NCBI GenBank assembly: GCA_038845265.1
Contig: JAWBQR010000002.1
Location: 1,275-33,274 of the forward strand
Source: Nitrososphaerota archaeon
Lineage (GTDB): Archaea; Thermoproteota; Nitrososphaeria_A; Caldarchaeales; Calditenuaceae
Reading direction: 5' to 3'
Length of the DNA: 32,000 nt
Part shown: positions 14,498 through 24,745 of the stretch, one piece after another
How the letters are laid out: the number at the start of each line of letters is the position of its first letter
Numbering within the stretch: position 1 is the stretch's first letter
The notes under the pieces: model-generated
What the model was told of the DNA's origin: nothing
The model's database searches: none
Seen by the model: only the letters and a program-made list of their open reading frames with translations
Program-made: the position numbers and the translations under genes

Positions 14498-15748
14498 GTG
14501 TTTATAGCCTCAGCCACTAGAGGTCTTGCTAGCTACATTCATTTAGCTAATAGTGTAGTGGAAGAATTGATTAGGAGATGGCCCGTAATTGATTTCTTCC
14601 TAGACGGTCAAAGAGCCTCTCTTAATGAACTAACACAGCCTTTCCATAAATTTGCAGTTATCGTGTTCCACAGTGGCAGTGATGTTGTAACTATAGGTAA
14701 GAATGAAATAGATATCAATCTCGCCCCCTCAACTGTTCTTAATGACTCCTCACTCATGGACTCGCCCTTCTTCCTCAAGGTCAAGCTAGGCGAAGGAGTC
14801 ATCAGAGCTAATACTGATAATTTTTCAACATTTCCACTCTCAGTAGTCTTCAGCGAGCCAATAATTACAGCTAGTTGGAATCAACTTCTCTGTAGTTTTG
14901 GGCAAAGATATCGTCTAATCGCTCCATCTACAGAATTATTAATCAACAAAGATGGATTAACCGAGATAAGAGAGTTTACATCTATGAACTATATCCATGA
15001 CCACTCTCCCGAATCGCTATTAAATTTAATAGATTCTTCGGTTAGGAAAAGCGTTTCTAAAAGGTGTGCTATTCTTTTTTCTGGTGGTCTTGACAGTACT
15101 CTTCTACTGAAACTAATCATGGACTCAGGAAGAAAAGTCCTAGCTATTTCCGTAGGTCTAAATAAGTCACATGACTTAGCATTATCTGAGAAGGTAGCTA
15201 AACTAATAGGTGCCGATAGGTTCACAGTTGAACTATCTCAAGAAAAAATACTGCAAAGCTCAATTCATATTAGGAATATGCTGAGAATTAATGGATTAAT
15301 GGATACTTCGATTGCAGTCCTCTTCTATAACGGTGCCCTTGAGGCGGCAAGTAGTGGTATAAGACAATTAGTTGCTGGTCAGGGCGCAGATGAGCTATTC
15401 GGCGGCTATAAAAAATATCTTAGAATATACGAATCTTCAGGGCCAATCAATGTTGAAAAAGTTATGACACAAGATTTAGTGAGCCTTTGGAGAAATGGAA
15501 TAGTCAGAGACTACTCAGCTACAGCACTTGCCGGATGCTTACTCACACTTCCTTACCTTGACCCAGATATAGTTGGTTTTTTAAAATCATTGCCAATTTC
15601 AGCCAAAATTAGCCCGCCATTAAGAAAGTTAATTTTAAGAAAAGTTTGCAGTGCTGCTGGATTGCCTGAGGAAGTATGTATGTATGAGAAGAAGGCCGCT
15701 CAATATGGGAGCGGAATTGAGAAGGTACTTAGAAAGGCGTATAGATGA
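14498..15748 (+). CDS. Asparagine synthase-like PP-loop ATP pyrophosphatase with divergent N-terminal domain
   Basis: 416 aa. PP-loop AILFSGGLDSTLLL and GQGADELFGGYKKY, typical of the AsnB C-terminal synthetase domain. The N-terminal ~165 aa form an open frame with no recognisable Cys nucleophile (GTG start, MFIASA). Confidence 0.65.
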   Translation: MFIASATRGLASYIHLANSVVEELIRRWPVIDFFLDGQRASLNELTQPFHKFAVIVFHSGSDVVTIGKNEIDINLAPSTVLNDSSLMDSPFFLKVKLGEGVIRANTDNFSTFPLSVVFSEPIITASWNQLLCSFGQRYRLIAPSTELLINKDGLTEIREFTSMNYIHDHSPESLLNLIDSSVRKSVSKRCAILFSGGLDSTLLLKLIMDSGRKVLAISVGLNKSHDLALSEKVAKLIGADRFTVELSQEKILQSSIHIRNMLRINGLMDTSIAVLFYNGALEAASSGIRQLVAGQGADELFGGYKKYLRIYESSGPINVEKVMTQDLVSLWRNGIVRDYSATALAGCLLTLPYLDPDIVGFLKSLPISAKISPPLRKLILRKVCSAAGLPEEVCMYEKKAAQYGSGIEKVLRKAYR

Positions 15749-15784
15749 TACTCTTAATAAAAATTAAAGACACCTTATTTTATC

Positions 15785-16210
15785 TTGAAGCCCCGTGAAT
15801 TAGAGCTTCCAGCCCTTTTAGAAAGATTGATTAATGAACATGACGAGATAAAAAAATCTTTTAGAGAGTTGTCAACATTACTATTCGAGAATAAATTTTT
15901 AACTGTAGCAAATAAGCTCGAGGAACTTAAACTCATCATTGACCAACATATAATTGATGAAGAGGCAAAAATACTAAAATTTCTTCTGAATACAGTTAGT
16001 AAAGAAGAATCATCTCAGGCAATAGCCATCTTTCAACAACACCGGGAGATTCATCAACTATTAAAGGAGCTACAGGAAAATGTCCAATTATTAAGAAAAG
16101 AATCGGCCATAATCAGAGACGAACTAGAGAATATTATGATGATTCATTTTGAAGCCGAGGAGCATCAAATTTTTCCACCTGTCTTCAAGCTATATAAAAA
16201 GGTGCTTTAA
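15785..16210 (+). CDS. Hemerythrin-like (HHE cation-binding) domain protein
   Basis: 141 aa helical protein with spaced His/Glu pairs (NEHDEI, DQHIIDEE, QQHREIHQ, HFEAEEHQIFP). TTG start. Confidence 0.5.
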   Translation: MKPRELELPALLERLINEHDEIKKSFRELSTLLFENKFLTVANKLEELKLIIDQHIIDEEAKILKFLLNTVSKEESSQAIAIFQQHREIHQLLKELQENVQLLRKESAIIRDELENIMMIHFEAEEHQIFPPVFKLYKKVL

Positions 16211-16270
16211 CTACTAAATGAATGATTTATGACATATCTTTAAAAACAAGTACGTAAAATTCATGCCTAG

Positions 16271-17455
16271 ATGACTAGCAAATTCTCTATTACCTTTTCA
16301 CTGATCGCATTAGTTCTTGTAGTGTTTATCGCGGTTAATTTAGTACAAGTAGGAAACCAACTCGCAGATCTCCGCTCTTCTTTCTCGACTCAACTTTCAT
16401 CATTCTCGAGCATTCAGAAAGAGTTATCGAGCGTTAGGGCGGAACTGAGCAGAATAGCTCCATCTACATCTACAATCACAATTACTGCGGGGGGTGACTC
16501 TACTGGCTGGGTATCCAACATCTATGAAAGTGTCAAGGACTCAGTAGTAATGATAACTGTAGACACAAGATATGGAACAGCCGTAGGATCAGGCTTCATA
16601 TACGATGATAAAGGACACATAGTGACTAATAATCACGTAGTAGCAGATGGCGTCAAGTTTACAGTATCATTTCTAGATGGAACGGTGCTCAGCGCCACTC
16701 TGGTCGGACAGGATCCAGACACAGATCTCGCCGTCCTTAAGATTGATCCTAAAGATATCTCATTAAAACCTCTAAGGCTAGGGAACTCAACTAACCTAAA
16801 AATAGGTGAGATGATAATTGCAGTTGGAAACCCGTTTGAGCTCGCGGGATCAGTTACTCTAGGCATAGTAAGTCAGAAGGGAAGATTACTGCCGACTGAA
16901 CGAGGATACCTTATACCAGGAATTATCCAGATAGACGCCGCGATTAATCCAGGTAACTCTGGTGGACCGTTACTGAATTCAAGAGGAGAAGTGGTTGGTG
17001 TTACGACTGCTATAGAATCAATGACTGGAGAATTCTCGGGTATAGGTTACGCAATATCTTCAAATATTGTAGCCAGAGTTGTGCCGGTACTTATTGAGAA
17101 GGGTCGCTATCGCCATAGCTATTTAGGAATAACTGGAATCGAGCTTAACTCAGCCATAGCAGAGGCAATTGGCATTAATGCTAAGCAGGGATTCTTGGTT
17201 ACGAGTGTTTCTCCAGGTAGTCCTGCGGCTAATGCGGGTATAAGAGCAGGAAACAGGACAATTACCATTTCTGGACAGAGGATCCCCGTGGGTGGCGATG
17301 TGATAGTAGCAATTAATGGCGTCCCAGTCAAGGGTTTAGACGATATACTCACTTATCTGGTAGAGAAGACAAGCCCAGGCGATAAAATAACCCTTACTGT
17401 GATTAGAGATGGAGCAGTCATGGATGTCTCTGTTACACTTGGAGAGAGACCTTAA
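16271..17455 (+). CDS. HtrA/DegP-family serine protease with N-terminal membrane anchor and C-terminal PDZ domain
   Basis: 394 aa. TM helix (FSLIALVLVVFIAVNLV). Trypsin-like triad contexts TNNHVV, DTDLAVLKI, GNSGGPLLN. PDZ region GFLVTSVSPGSPAANAGIRAGN...GDVIVAINGVPV. Confidence 0.9.
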   Translation: MTSKFSITFSLIALVLVVFIAVNLVQVGNQLADLRSSFSTQLSSFSSIQKELSSVRAELSRIAPSTSTITITAGGDSTGWVSNIYESVKDSVVMITVDTRYGTAVGSGFIYDDKGHIVTNNHVVADGVKFTVSFLDGTVLSATLVGQDPDTDLAVLKIDPKDISLKPLRLGNSTNLKIGEMIIAVGNPFELAGSVTLGIVSQKGRLLPTERGYLIPGIIQIDAAINPGNSGGPLLNSRGEVVGVTTAIESMTGEFSGIGYAISSNIVARVVPVLIEKGRYRHSYLGITGIELNSAIAEAIGINAKQGFLVTSVSPGSPAANAGIRAGNRTITISGQRIPVGGDVIVAINGVPVKGLDDILTYLVEKTSPGDKITLTVIRDGAVMDVSVTLGERP

Positions 17456-17473
17456 AAAATATAAAAATCTTGA

Positions 17474-19636
17474 CTATAATGCTATCAGGCCAACTAGGAA
17501 CAGCGGGATAAAGACGAGGCTCAACGTGTTTAGCAGCTTGATAAGTATATGTAGACTCGGTGCATAAGTATCCTTCATCGGGTCTCCCACGGTATCTCCA
17601 ACAACGGCGGCTTTATGGGAATCTGTCCCCTTCTTTCCAGTAATCTCTAAGGCCTTCTTAGCATTATCCATCGCTGCTCCTCCGTAGAAACCAACTATGG
17701 CAAGAGGTATCGCTGAAACAGTTGCACCAATGACTAGTGCGCCCACAGACTTCCAGCCAAAGAGATATCCTATAAGTATCGGTGAGAGTGTTACAGTGAG
17801 TGTCGGCGCAATCATAAGACTTAGCGCTGTCTTGGTAGATATATCAACGCATCTTGCGTAATCAGGCTTTCCATTTCCTTCCAAGAGCCCAGGAATCTCT
17901 CTAAACTGTCTTCTAACCTCCTCTACTATCTGGTATGCGCCTTGAGCGACAGCCTTCATTGCTTGTCCTGAGAAGAGGAAGGGGATCATCGCGCCGATAA
18001 ACAGTCCCAAAATAACTGCAGGCGTGTTTAGCTGTAGCTCTTGGCTGAGGTTGGATATCTGTGTTAGTAGGGACTCGGCCTTATCAAGTGTGAGATGTGT
18101 AAGCTCTATTATGCCTGCTTGGTATCTAGCAACTTCTAGTAGGAATGCCTGGAATAGTAGCAAGGCGGCTAGGGCAGCAGACCCCATAGCGTAGGATTTG
18201 GTAAGAGCTTTTGTCGTGTTGCCTAATGCATCTAAAGGCTCGAGCCTATCTCTAATTTCTCTTGGAGCATTTGCTAGCTCAGCAATGCCTCCAGCGTTAT
18301 CAACAATTGGGCCTACACCATCCATAGTCAGTACAAATCCGGCCGTCGAGAGCAGCCCCATCGTGGCCATTGTTGTGCCATAAATGCCACTCAATAGATT
18401 ATCTGTCAGACCTGCTTGTTTTCCCCACTCAACTCCTAACACATATGAAATTATCAGTGCTACTATCACTGTAATTATTGGTAAGGCAGTAGAGATCATT
18501 CCGCTGGAGAGACCGCTTATGACGGTTATTGCCGGGCCTGACTCGCTGTTCTTTGCTATTAATTTAACATAGCTAGACTTAAGGCTAGTATAGATCTCGC
18601 TGTAAAACATGATTAGAATGCCAGTGATTAATCCAACTATCATCGCTGCATAGAGTGGTAATCCTGCAGAGCCGAATATGTAGTTAGTTGCAAAGAACAT
18701 AAGTATCGCAGCTAATATGCTAGTTACTATTAGTCCATTCCTCAGAGGTTCGATCGCTTCTTTGAAATTGCTTTGACCAGCTGCCCAGGCTATTCCTCCC
18801 AAAGTAGCTATAACTCCAAGCGACCTAATTATCAGTGGAGTTACGACATAGAGCTCATTGACATGCTTAAAGAGAATTATTGAGACGATGAGTGCAATGA
18901 TCATTCCTCCGAGGTTCTCGGCGGTCACCGATTCGAAGAGGTCGGCACCTCTTCCAGCCTCGTCACCTACGTTATCGCCTACTTGGTCAGCTATAACGGC
19001 GGGGTTTCGGGGGTCGTCTTCAGGTATACCGGCCTCGATTTTTCCAACTAGGTCCGCACCTATATCTGCGCTTTTAGTATATATTCCTCCTCCCAACTGA
19101 GCGAAGAGAGCGGCTAGACTAGCGCCGAATCCAAAACCTGCCAGTATCCCTGGATCCCTAAAGACGCCGTAAAGGATAGAGAGTCCAAGTAGACTCATAG
19201 CGATGACTGCCAGTCCAAGTGCAGAGCCTCCTAGGGTCGCTATGCGTAATGCTCTGCTCGAACTAATATTGGCGGCATATGTTGTTCTGACATTTGCTCT
19301 AGTCGCGGAGTCCATCGCGATATAAGCAGCAATTAGCGAGAAGGTTACTCCGAGCAGGAAGCTTCCGCCTATTCCAAGTCCGTACATGAATCCACCTATG
19401 CTGGGAAATGCGGAGAAAATTCCAAGTATTAATAAGAATAATAGGACCGAGATTATTCCTATTGTTTTGAACTGTCTCTTTAGATAGGCAGCTGATCCTG
19501 CCCTGATGGCTTTCCAGATCTCCTCGAATTCAGGAGGCCCTATCGGCTTTCGGTTTACTAGTGCAACGAATATCACAGCAGATATCGCACCAAAAAATCC
19601 GATTAATGCTGTCAGAATTATTGGGTCTATCTGCAT
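17474..19636 (-). CDS. hppA: Membrane-bound H+-translocating pyrophosphatase (K+-independent-type motif)
   Basis: 720 aa polytopic protein. Signature DxxGDxVGD regions (QVGDNVGDEAGRGADLFES, VGDTVGDPMKDT) and GNTTKA, where the Lys is associated with K+ independence. Confidence 0.95.
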   Translation of the reverse strand: MQIDPIILTALIGFFGAISAVIFVALVNRKPIGPPEFEEIWKAIRAGSAAYLKRQFKTIGIISVLLFLLILGIFSAFPSIGGFMYGLGIGGSFLLGVTFSLIAAYIAMDSATRANVRTTYAANISSSRALRIATLGGSALGLAVIAMSLLGLSILYGVFRDPGILAGFGFGASLAALFAQLGGGIYTKSADIGADLVGKIEAGIPEDDPRNPAVIADQVGDNVGDEAGRGADLFESVTAENLGGMIIALIVSIILFKHVNELYVVTPLIIRSLGVIATLGGIAWAAGQSNFKEAIEPLRNGLIVTSILAAILMFFATNYIFGSAGLPLYAAMIVGLITGILIMFYSEIYTSLKSSYVKLIAKNSESGPAITVISGLSSGMISTALPIITVIVALIISYVLGVEWGKQAGLTDNLLSGIYGTTMATMGLLSTAGFVLTMDGVGPIVDNAGGIAELANAPREIRDRLEPLDALGNTTKALTKSYAMGSAALAALLLFQAFLLEVARYQAGIIELTHLTLDKAESLLTQISNLSQELQLNTPAVILGLFIGAMIPFLFSGQAMKAVAQGAYQIVEEVRRQFREIPGLLEGNGKPDYARCVDISTKTALSLMIAPTLTVTLSPILIGYLFGWKSVGALVIGATVSAIPLAIVGFYGGAAMDNAKKALEITGKKGTDSHKAAVVGDTVGDPMKDTYAPSLHILIKLLNTLSLVFIPLFLVGLIAL

Positions 19637-19727
19637 CTTTTATCACTCGTAAAGGTTTTATTAAATTCACGAATTAAACCTTACTTATGCATGAATGGTT
19701 ACATTTTAATACAACATTACGCATTTC

Positions 19728-20702
19728 TTAAATATTCTTTATCATTAAGTCATCAATCTTGTTTTTTGCAACTAATGCGGCGCCCATGAGTGGAGATAAC
19801 TCGCCATGCTTAGGGGTGATTATTTTGGGCTTTCTTACACCGAGATAATTATCAATTAATGGTATGACATTATTCTGAAAATATTTGAGATTGTTCAGAA
19901 CGACGGCTCCTCCTAAGACTAAGACTTCTGGGTCGTAGCAAGTAATGACTGATGATATTCCAGCAGCATTAAAAGCCGTGACTCTATTTAGAAGCATGAC
20001 TGCACCCTTATCTCCTAATTCATAGAGTCTATAAACTCCTTCAGAAGTAAGTCTCTTCTCAAGGACTAACTTTGAGAGCTCATTATCACTGTTAATTACT
20101 CCATCGTGCACTAGCTTGGCCGCGTATTTTACTAAGTTGGCGGCTGAGCAGTATGCCTCCCAGTGTCCGAGTCCTCCACATCCACACTCCATGTATCCCG
20201 TCGGGTCTATCACGATATGTCCTACTTCTGCAGCATTGCCATCTTTTCCTATCAAGAGCTGGTCATCCACAACTGCGCCTCCCCCTATCCCACTACTTAT
20301 CGTTATGTATACAAGTGACTTCACTCCTTCGCTCCTAGCTAACCACCACTCAGCATATGCAGCAGCGTTACAGTCATTAAGTAAATAGTAATCGGCATCA
20401 AGCCATTCTTTAAGAATCTTGATTAGTGGTACATTTTTAGCACCAACAGTAGGTGTCTTCGCTATTACTCCTCGCTTAAAGTCCAGCGGCCCCATCGATG
20501 CAATGCTAAAGACTCTGACATTGTTGATGTAGTCACACATTATTTTTCTTACGTTTTCAATGATGCTTTCTGGAATTTTTTCCGGCAAAGGTTCTCTCGG
20601 CGTTGGAAATATTGATAATTTCAAAATGTTTAAGTTTTCATCAAACAATCCTATTCTTATTTTAGATCCTCCAATATCGGCTGCAAGTATAAACTTATCC
20701 AC
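19728..20702 (-). CDS. ROK-family sugar kinase (glucokinase-like)
   Basis: 324 aa. N-terminal ATP-binding AADIGGSKIRIG, GIGGGAV, and the ROK zinc motif GHIVIDPTGYMCGCGGLGHWEAYCS (quoted approximately from ECGCGGLGHWEAY). Confidence 0.85.
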   Translation of the reverse strand: MDKFILAADIGGSKIRIGLFDENLNILKLSIFPTPREPLPEKIPESIIENVRKIMCDYINNVRVFSIASMGPLDFKRGVIAKTPTVGAKNVPLIKILKEWLDADYYLLNDCNAAAYAEWWLARSEGVKSLVYITISSGIGGGAVVDDQLLIGKDGNAAEVGHIVIDPTGYMECGCGGLGHWEAYCSAANLVKYAAKLVHDGVINSDNELSKLVLEKRLTSEGVYRLYELGDKGAVMLLNRVTAFNAAGISSVITCYDPEVLVLGGAVVLNNLKYFQNNVIPLIDNYLGVRKPKIITPKHGELSPLMGAALVAKNKIDDLMIKNI

Positions 20703-20750
20703 AATATTTTATTCGCGTTAAACTTGTTAATATCTTTATATCGATGATTC

Positions 20751-21116
20751 TTAGCCACATGAGTGTTCAATTGATAGTAAGAAAGTCTTTGATCTGTATG
20801 TGAATGAAACTGGCTCTTTGTATGGATCAATATTGGTTCTTTCCTTTATGAACTTGATTAGTGACAATACGTCATTTCTTTTCAACACGAGTATTTCTGG
20901 CTCTGGATGCAAGAATGTATAATCAATCGGGAATCTTTTTAGTAGAGTCTCAGATTTGCATATTTTTTCATATGCCCTCTGCACTGCATCTAGTATTCCA
21001 TATGTTGCTGCCTCGTTATCGCTTAGTGTGAACTGTGGGTCAACATCTACTGCTCCAACTATCTTGATTCTAATCTGCTCAGGCATTACTGAGACATAGT
21101 TTTGCTCGTCAACCAT
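20751..21116 (-). CDS. Hypothetical protein (121 aa)
   Basis: Clean ORF with plausible spacing to neighbours. No motif recognised. Confidence 0.45.
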   Translation of the reverse strand: MVDEQNYVSVMPEQIRIKIVGAVDVDPQFTLSDNEAATYGILDAVQRAYEKICKSETLLKRFPIDYTFLHPEPEILVLKRNDVLSLIKFIKERTNIDPYKEPVSFTYRSKTFLLSIEHSCG

Positions 21117-21187
21117 CAGTAAGAAAAATAGGTCATCTATATATCAACTATACGTAGGATGACAAAAGTTATGGCTTAGAACTATTA

Positions 21188-21811
21188 ATGGGCATGTGGG
21201 GATATATGGCGCAAGTGAAGGACGCAAATACGCCCCCGGGTCAATACTTTGTAAAAGACTTTATAGTATATGCTGAACTAGGAATACCCCAAATCGATAT
21301 TGAGCATTATAGACTAAGAATAACAGGGCTCGTCGAGAGGATAGTTGAGTATAGCTATGACGAGCTTCTGAGGCTTCCACAGATAAGCATAGTCGCTGAC
21401 TCTCACTGCGTAACTAAGTGGTCTGTAAAGAATGTCACTTGGGAAGGAGTTCCAATAAAAATACTTGCAGAAAAGGCAGGAGTTAAGCCTACTGCTAAAT
21501 GGGTGATGTTTCATTGCTTAGATGGCTACACAACTCCAGTTCCAATAGAGGATGCACTGGTAGATAATGCCATAATAGCGCTCAAGATAAATGGCCGCCC
21601 ACTTAAGCTTGAAAATGGATGGCCAGCAAGACCATTTATTCCCCATCTCTATTTATGGAAAAGCGCCAAGTGGTTGAGCGTCATTGAATTCATTGAGAAA
21701 TATGTGGATGGATACTGGGAAGCTCGAGGATATCACGAGAGGGGCAATGTATGGCTCGAAGAGCGTTTTAAGAATACTTCCGGAAAGCATCACACACGAA
21801 AACCACTATGA
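21188..21811 (+). CDS. Sulfite-oxidase-family molybdopterin-binding oxidoreductase domain protein (short YedY/MsrP-like form)
   Basis: 207 aa. [24 protein letters not shown] (Moco Cys context) and [30 protein letters not shown], typical of the Oxidored_molyb domain. The start may be one of three nearby Met codons. Confidence 0.72.
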   Translation: MGMWGYMAQVKDANTPPGQYFVKDFIVYAELGIPQIDIEHYRLRITGLVERIVEYSYDELLRLPQISIVADSHCVTKWSVKNVTWEGVPIKILAEKAGVKPTAKWVMFHCLDGYTTPVPIEDALVDNAIIALKINGRPLKLENGWPARPFIPHLYLWKSAKWLSVIEFIEKYVDGYWEARGYHERGNVWLEERFKNTSGKHHTRKPL

Positions 21812-21867
21812 ATTCTACTCTCTCCGCAATGCATAAATTAATAAATCAAATTAATATTTAATCAGTC

Positions 21868-22941
21868 ATGATAAGTTTTCAGAAGACAGTTAGGCATGCA
21901 CGGATATTGAGTCCACTTAAAAATTTTGCAGAGACTATTATAGAATTCGAATATCGACAGGACCCATTGACCGGTAGAAATACTACAGTGATTAAAGGAA
22001 TGCTGGAATATATCAAGAGATTCTTGAAGACAGACGAATCTCTTCTCGACTCCCTAGTCGGGTCCACGAGGATTAACTGTCCGTTCTGTCCAGAAAACAT
22101 CAAGAGCAAGACTCCAATGTTTACACAAGATTTAGTACCCGAGGGAAGAATTGAATATGGAGACGTAATGATCGTGCCAAATCTAGTGGGGCATGCTGAG
22201 AGAAGCGTATTAGCTATACTCTCAAAGGAGCATCACTTAAAGCTAAGTGAATTTACGCCAAAAATATTCCTAGAGGCATTTACGGCCGGACTAATTTATC
22301 TGAGGAGGCTCTTTGAGCACGAACCAAATGAACGATTTCCAGTATTCATAATAAATTATCTGCCTCCGGCCGGCTCGTCGATAGTCCACCCACACATGCA
22401 GATACTCGTAAGAGAATCACCGTTTTTCTTAGTCAAGCTACTACTAGAGAAGAGCGAGGAGTATTATCTCAGATCTGGTAGTAGCTATTGGTCTAATCTG
22501 CTTAATATCGAGAAGAGCGGTGAAAGATACTTATTTTCTGAGAATGGTGTCGAGTGGATGGTGCCTTTTGCTCCATTAAGAGGTATAGCTGAGGTTCAAG
22601 CAATCATACCTGGGCGTTCAAACCTGCTAGAGTTAAGAAATGAGGAAATTCAAGGAATTGCATCAGGATTATCTAAAATTCTAAAATTTTATCATCATGA
22701 ATCATTGTTATGCTTTAATGTCATCCTGATCTCGGGCCCATTAGACAGGCATTTAGAATACTTCGACGTTAACCTCAGAATCATGGCCAGGCCTGGCCTG
22801 CAGGGCATTGGCTTTACTGATGCCTGGGCATTACCGTACTTTTTATGGGACGGAGAGGCAGTAGAAGAGCCTGAGAAGCTAGCAGAACGAATCAAGACGT
22901 TTCTCTCCGAGGATGAGAATACACTTAAATCAGGAATATGA
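21868..22941 (+). CDS. GalT-like HIT-superfamily nucleotidyltransferase (galactose-1-phosphate uridylyltransferase family)
   Basis: 357 aa. Zinc/active-site motifs CPFCPEN and GSSIVHPHMQIL (HxHxQ), and an N-terminal YRQDPLTGRNT resembling the GalT N-terminus. Confidence 0.62.
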   Translation: MISFQKTVRHARILSPLKNFAETIIEFEYRQDPLTGRNTTVIKGMLEYIKRFLKTDESLLDSLVGSTRINCPFCPENIKSKTPMFTQDLVPEGRIEYGDVMIVPNLVGHAERSVLAILSKEHHLKLSEFTPKIFLEAFTAGLIYLRRLFEHEPNERFPVFIINYLPPAGSSIVHPHMQILVRESPFFLVKLLLEKSEEYYLRSGSSYWSNLLNIEKSGERYLFSENGVEWMVPFAPLRGIAEVQAIIPGRSNLLELRNEEIQGIASGLSKILKFYHHESLLCFNVILISGPLDRHLEYFDVNLRIMARPGLQGIGFTDAWALPYFLWDGEAVEEPEKLAERIKTFLSEDENTLKSGI

Positions 22942-23180
22942 GTAGGTTTAACAGTATGTCAATGAAGCCTGTCAAGAAGCATAGGGTCCCAATGCATAAG
23001 CACTGCCCCATATGTGGCACCTCCATGCCTCCTGACGCAGAGTTCTGCTCAGATGAATGTAAGGACAAATACCTACAGAAAATGAAGCGCGATAGAAAGA
23101 TGAGGATATTTTTCCTGTTATTCTACGCAGTAATGATGGCCGTGCTCTTTATCTTCCTTCTCTGGAGGCCTAGTCAATAA
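22938..23180 (+). CDS. Small zinc-ribbon membrane protein (DUF2116-like)
   Basis: 80 aa. HCPICGTSMPPDAEFCSDECKDKY followed by a TM helix (IFFLLFYAVMMAVLFIFLLW). ATGA overlap with the GalT-like stop. The start may be one of the downstream Met codons. Confidence 0.5.
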   Translation: MSRFNSMSMKPVKKHRVPMHKHCPICGTSMPPDAEFCSDECKDKYLQKMKRDRKMRIFFLLFYAVMMAVLFIFLLWRPSQ

Positions 23181-23225
23181 TTTCAGTGAATAAATATATT
23201 GATATTATTGTGCAATGAATTATTG

Positions 23226-24155
23226 ATGAAGAAAATATCCTTCAGGGACGTGGGTCTAAGATATACCTTTTCACCCAACGTAGAACCTGTAGCAAGAGTA
23301 GTACCTGGTGAGTCTCTAGTCTTAGAAATTCAGGATGCATCTAGTGGACAGGTAAGAAGAAAGGAAGACGTTAGAGATAAATCAAAAATTCCATTTGCCA
23401 ATCCAGTCGTTGGTCCTATCTATATTGAGAATGCTGAACCCGGAGACACCGTATCTATATTCATCCAAAATATTAAACCACTAGAAGGTATGGGAGCAGT
23501 CTACTTCTTGGACAGTCTTGAATCGTATCTCACTGGAGTATCGCTGAGCAAGTTTTTTCAGAATTCATTAAACTTTAAAACGGTAATCTGTGATATAAGG
23601 AATGGTTTTGTTGAGTTGCTCGATGGGATAAAAATTCCTTATAAGCCGATGCTTGGAACGATTGCAGTAGCTCCTCACCCGGAGATTGAATCAATCTCTA
23701 CATTTAAGAATCCAGGACCGCATGGTGGAAACATGGATCTCCCCGATATTGGTCCTGGAAGCAGAGTATTTCTACCTGTCTATCACAGTGGTGGACTAGT
23801 ATATCTTGGCGATGCACATGCGGCACAGGGAGACGGTGAAATCTTCGGTGTCGCGATAGAGATGCCTGCAGAAGTAATTGTAAAATTTGAGTTACATAAA
23901 GGAAGAAAAATCGAGTGGCCGAGAATTGAGACAGACGAGGAATTAATAACTGTAGTTTCAGCCTCGGGTGGAAGAGAAATTAAAGATGCAATCGTTGAGG
24001 CCTATTTACAACTTGCCCTTTGGATAGAGGAGAGATATAATCTTGATAGACACGATACCTTAGTAATACTTGGACAGACTGGAAAGATAAGGATAGGAAA
24101 TCTCTGGACTGCCGCGGCAAAGATATCTAAAAGGTTACTAGACGGCATATATTGA
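23226..24155 (+). CDS. Acetamidase/formamidase-family amidohydrolase
   Basis: NPGPHGGNMDLPDIGPGSRVFLPVYHSGGLVYLGDAHAAQGDGEIFGVAIEMPAEV matches the FmdA/AmdA family core. I prefer ATG 23226 (TAAATATATT box about 30 nt upstream) over the TTG at 23199 used in the ORF track. Confidence 0.8.
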   Translation: MKKISFRDVGLRYTFSPNVEPVARVVPGESLVLEIQDASSGQVRRKEDVRDKSKIPFANPVVGPIYIENAEPGDTVSIFIQNIKPLEGMGAVYFLDSLESYLTGVSLSKFFQNSLNFKTVICDIRNGFVELLDGIKIPYKPMLGTIAVAPHPEIESISTFKNPGPHGGNMDLPDIGPGSRVFLPVYHSGGLVYLGDAHAAQGDGEIFGVAIEMPAEVIVKFELHKGRKIEWPRIETDEELITVVSASGGREIKDAIVEAYLQLALWIEERYNLDRHDTLVILGQTGKIRIGNLWTAAAKISKRLLDGIY

Positions 24156-24226
24156 AGGAATAGGTGAAGAGGTAGAATGTGTGTCAAGAATCAATAAATT
24201 AATATTACGATTTTTCTGTATTTTAT

Positions 24227-24742
24227 ATGATGAGCATATCGGATATTATTAGGACCAAGAGGGATGTGAGGGAGTTCAGTGACCGTCCTGTCAGTAGGGA
24301 AGATAAATTGGCCATACTTGAGGCTGCAAGGATGGCTGGCAGCGGCCTTAACAGTCAGCATTGGAGATTCATACTTATTGATGATAAATCAGAGCTTGAG
24401 ACGCTAGCAAGATTAAGCACCACTGGAGACTGGATCGCCGGTGCAAACTTTGCAGTTATAATTTTAACTGAAAAGAATAGGCCGTATCACGCATTGGATG
24501 CTGGGAGAGCGCTGACAAATATGCAGCTCGAGGCATGGAGCAGAGGAATAGTTTCCTGCATTTATACTGGTTTTAAGGAGGCCGAGATGAGGAAGAGATA
24601 CAATATTCCCGACAAATACTCAATAGACGTAGTGGTCGGTTTTGGTTATCCGGATAAAAAAATACTGGGGAAGAAGCGTAGAAAACCATTAGAGGAGCTT
24701 GCATACAGTAATAAGTTTGGTCAACCACTTAACATCAAGTAG
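24227..24742 (+). CDS. Nitroreductase-family flavoprotein
   Basis: 171 aa. IIRTKRDVREFSDRPVSRE...ILEAARMAGSGLNSQHWRFILI is the typical nitroreductase N-terminal pattern. Confidence 0.78.
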   Translation: MMSISDIIRTKRDVREFSDRPVSREDKLAILEAARMAGSGLNSQHWRFILIDDKSELETLARLSTTGDWIAGANFAVIILTEKNRPYHALDAGRALTNMQLEAWSRGIVSCIYTGFKEAEMRKRYNIPDKYSIDVVVGFGYPDKKILGKKRRKPLEELAYSNKFGQPLNIK

Positions 24743-24745
24743 ACA

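Noticed and set aside
18198-19100. Three 61-80-aa plus-strand ORFs
   Set aside because: All are antisense within the H+-pyrophosphatase gene, which has unmistakable signature motifs.
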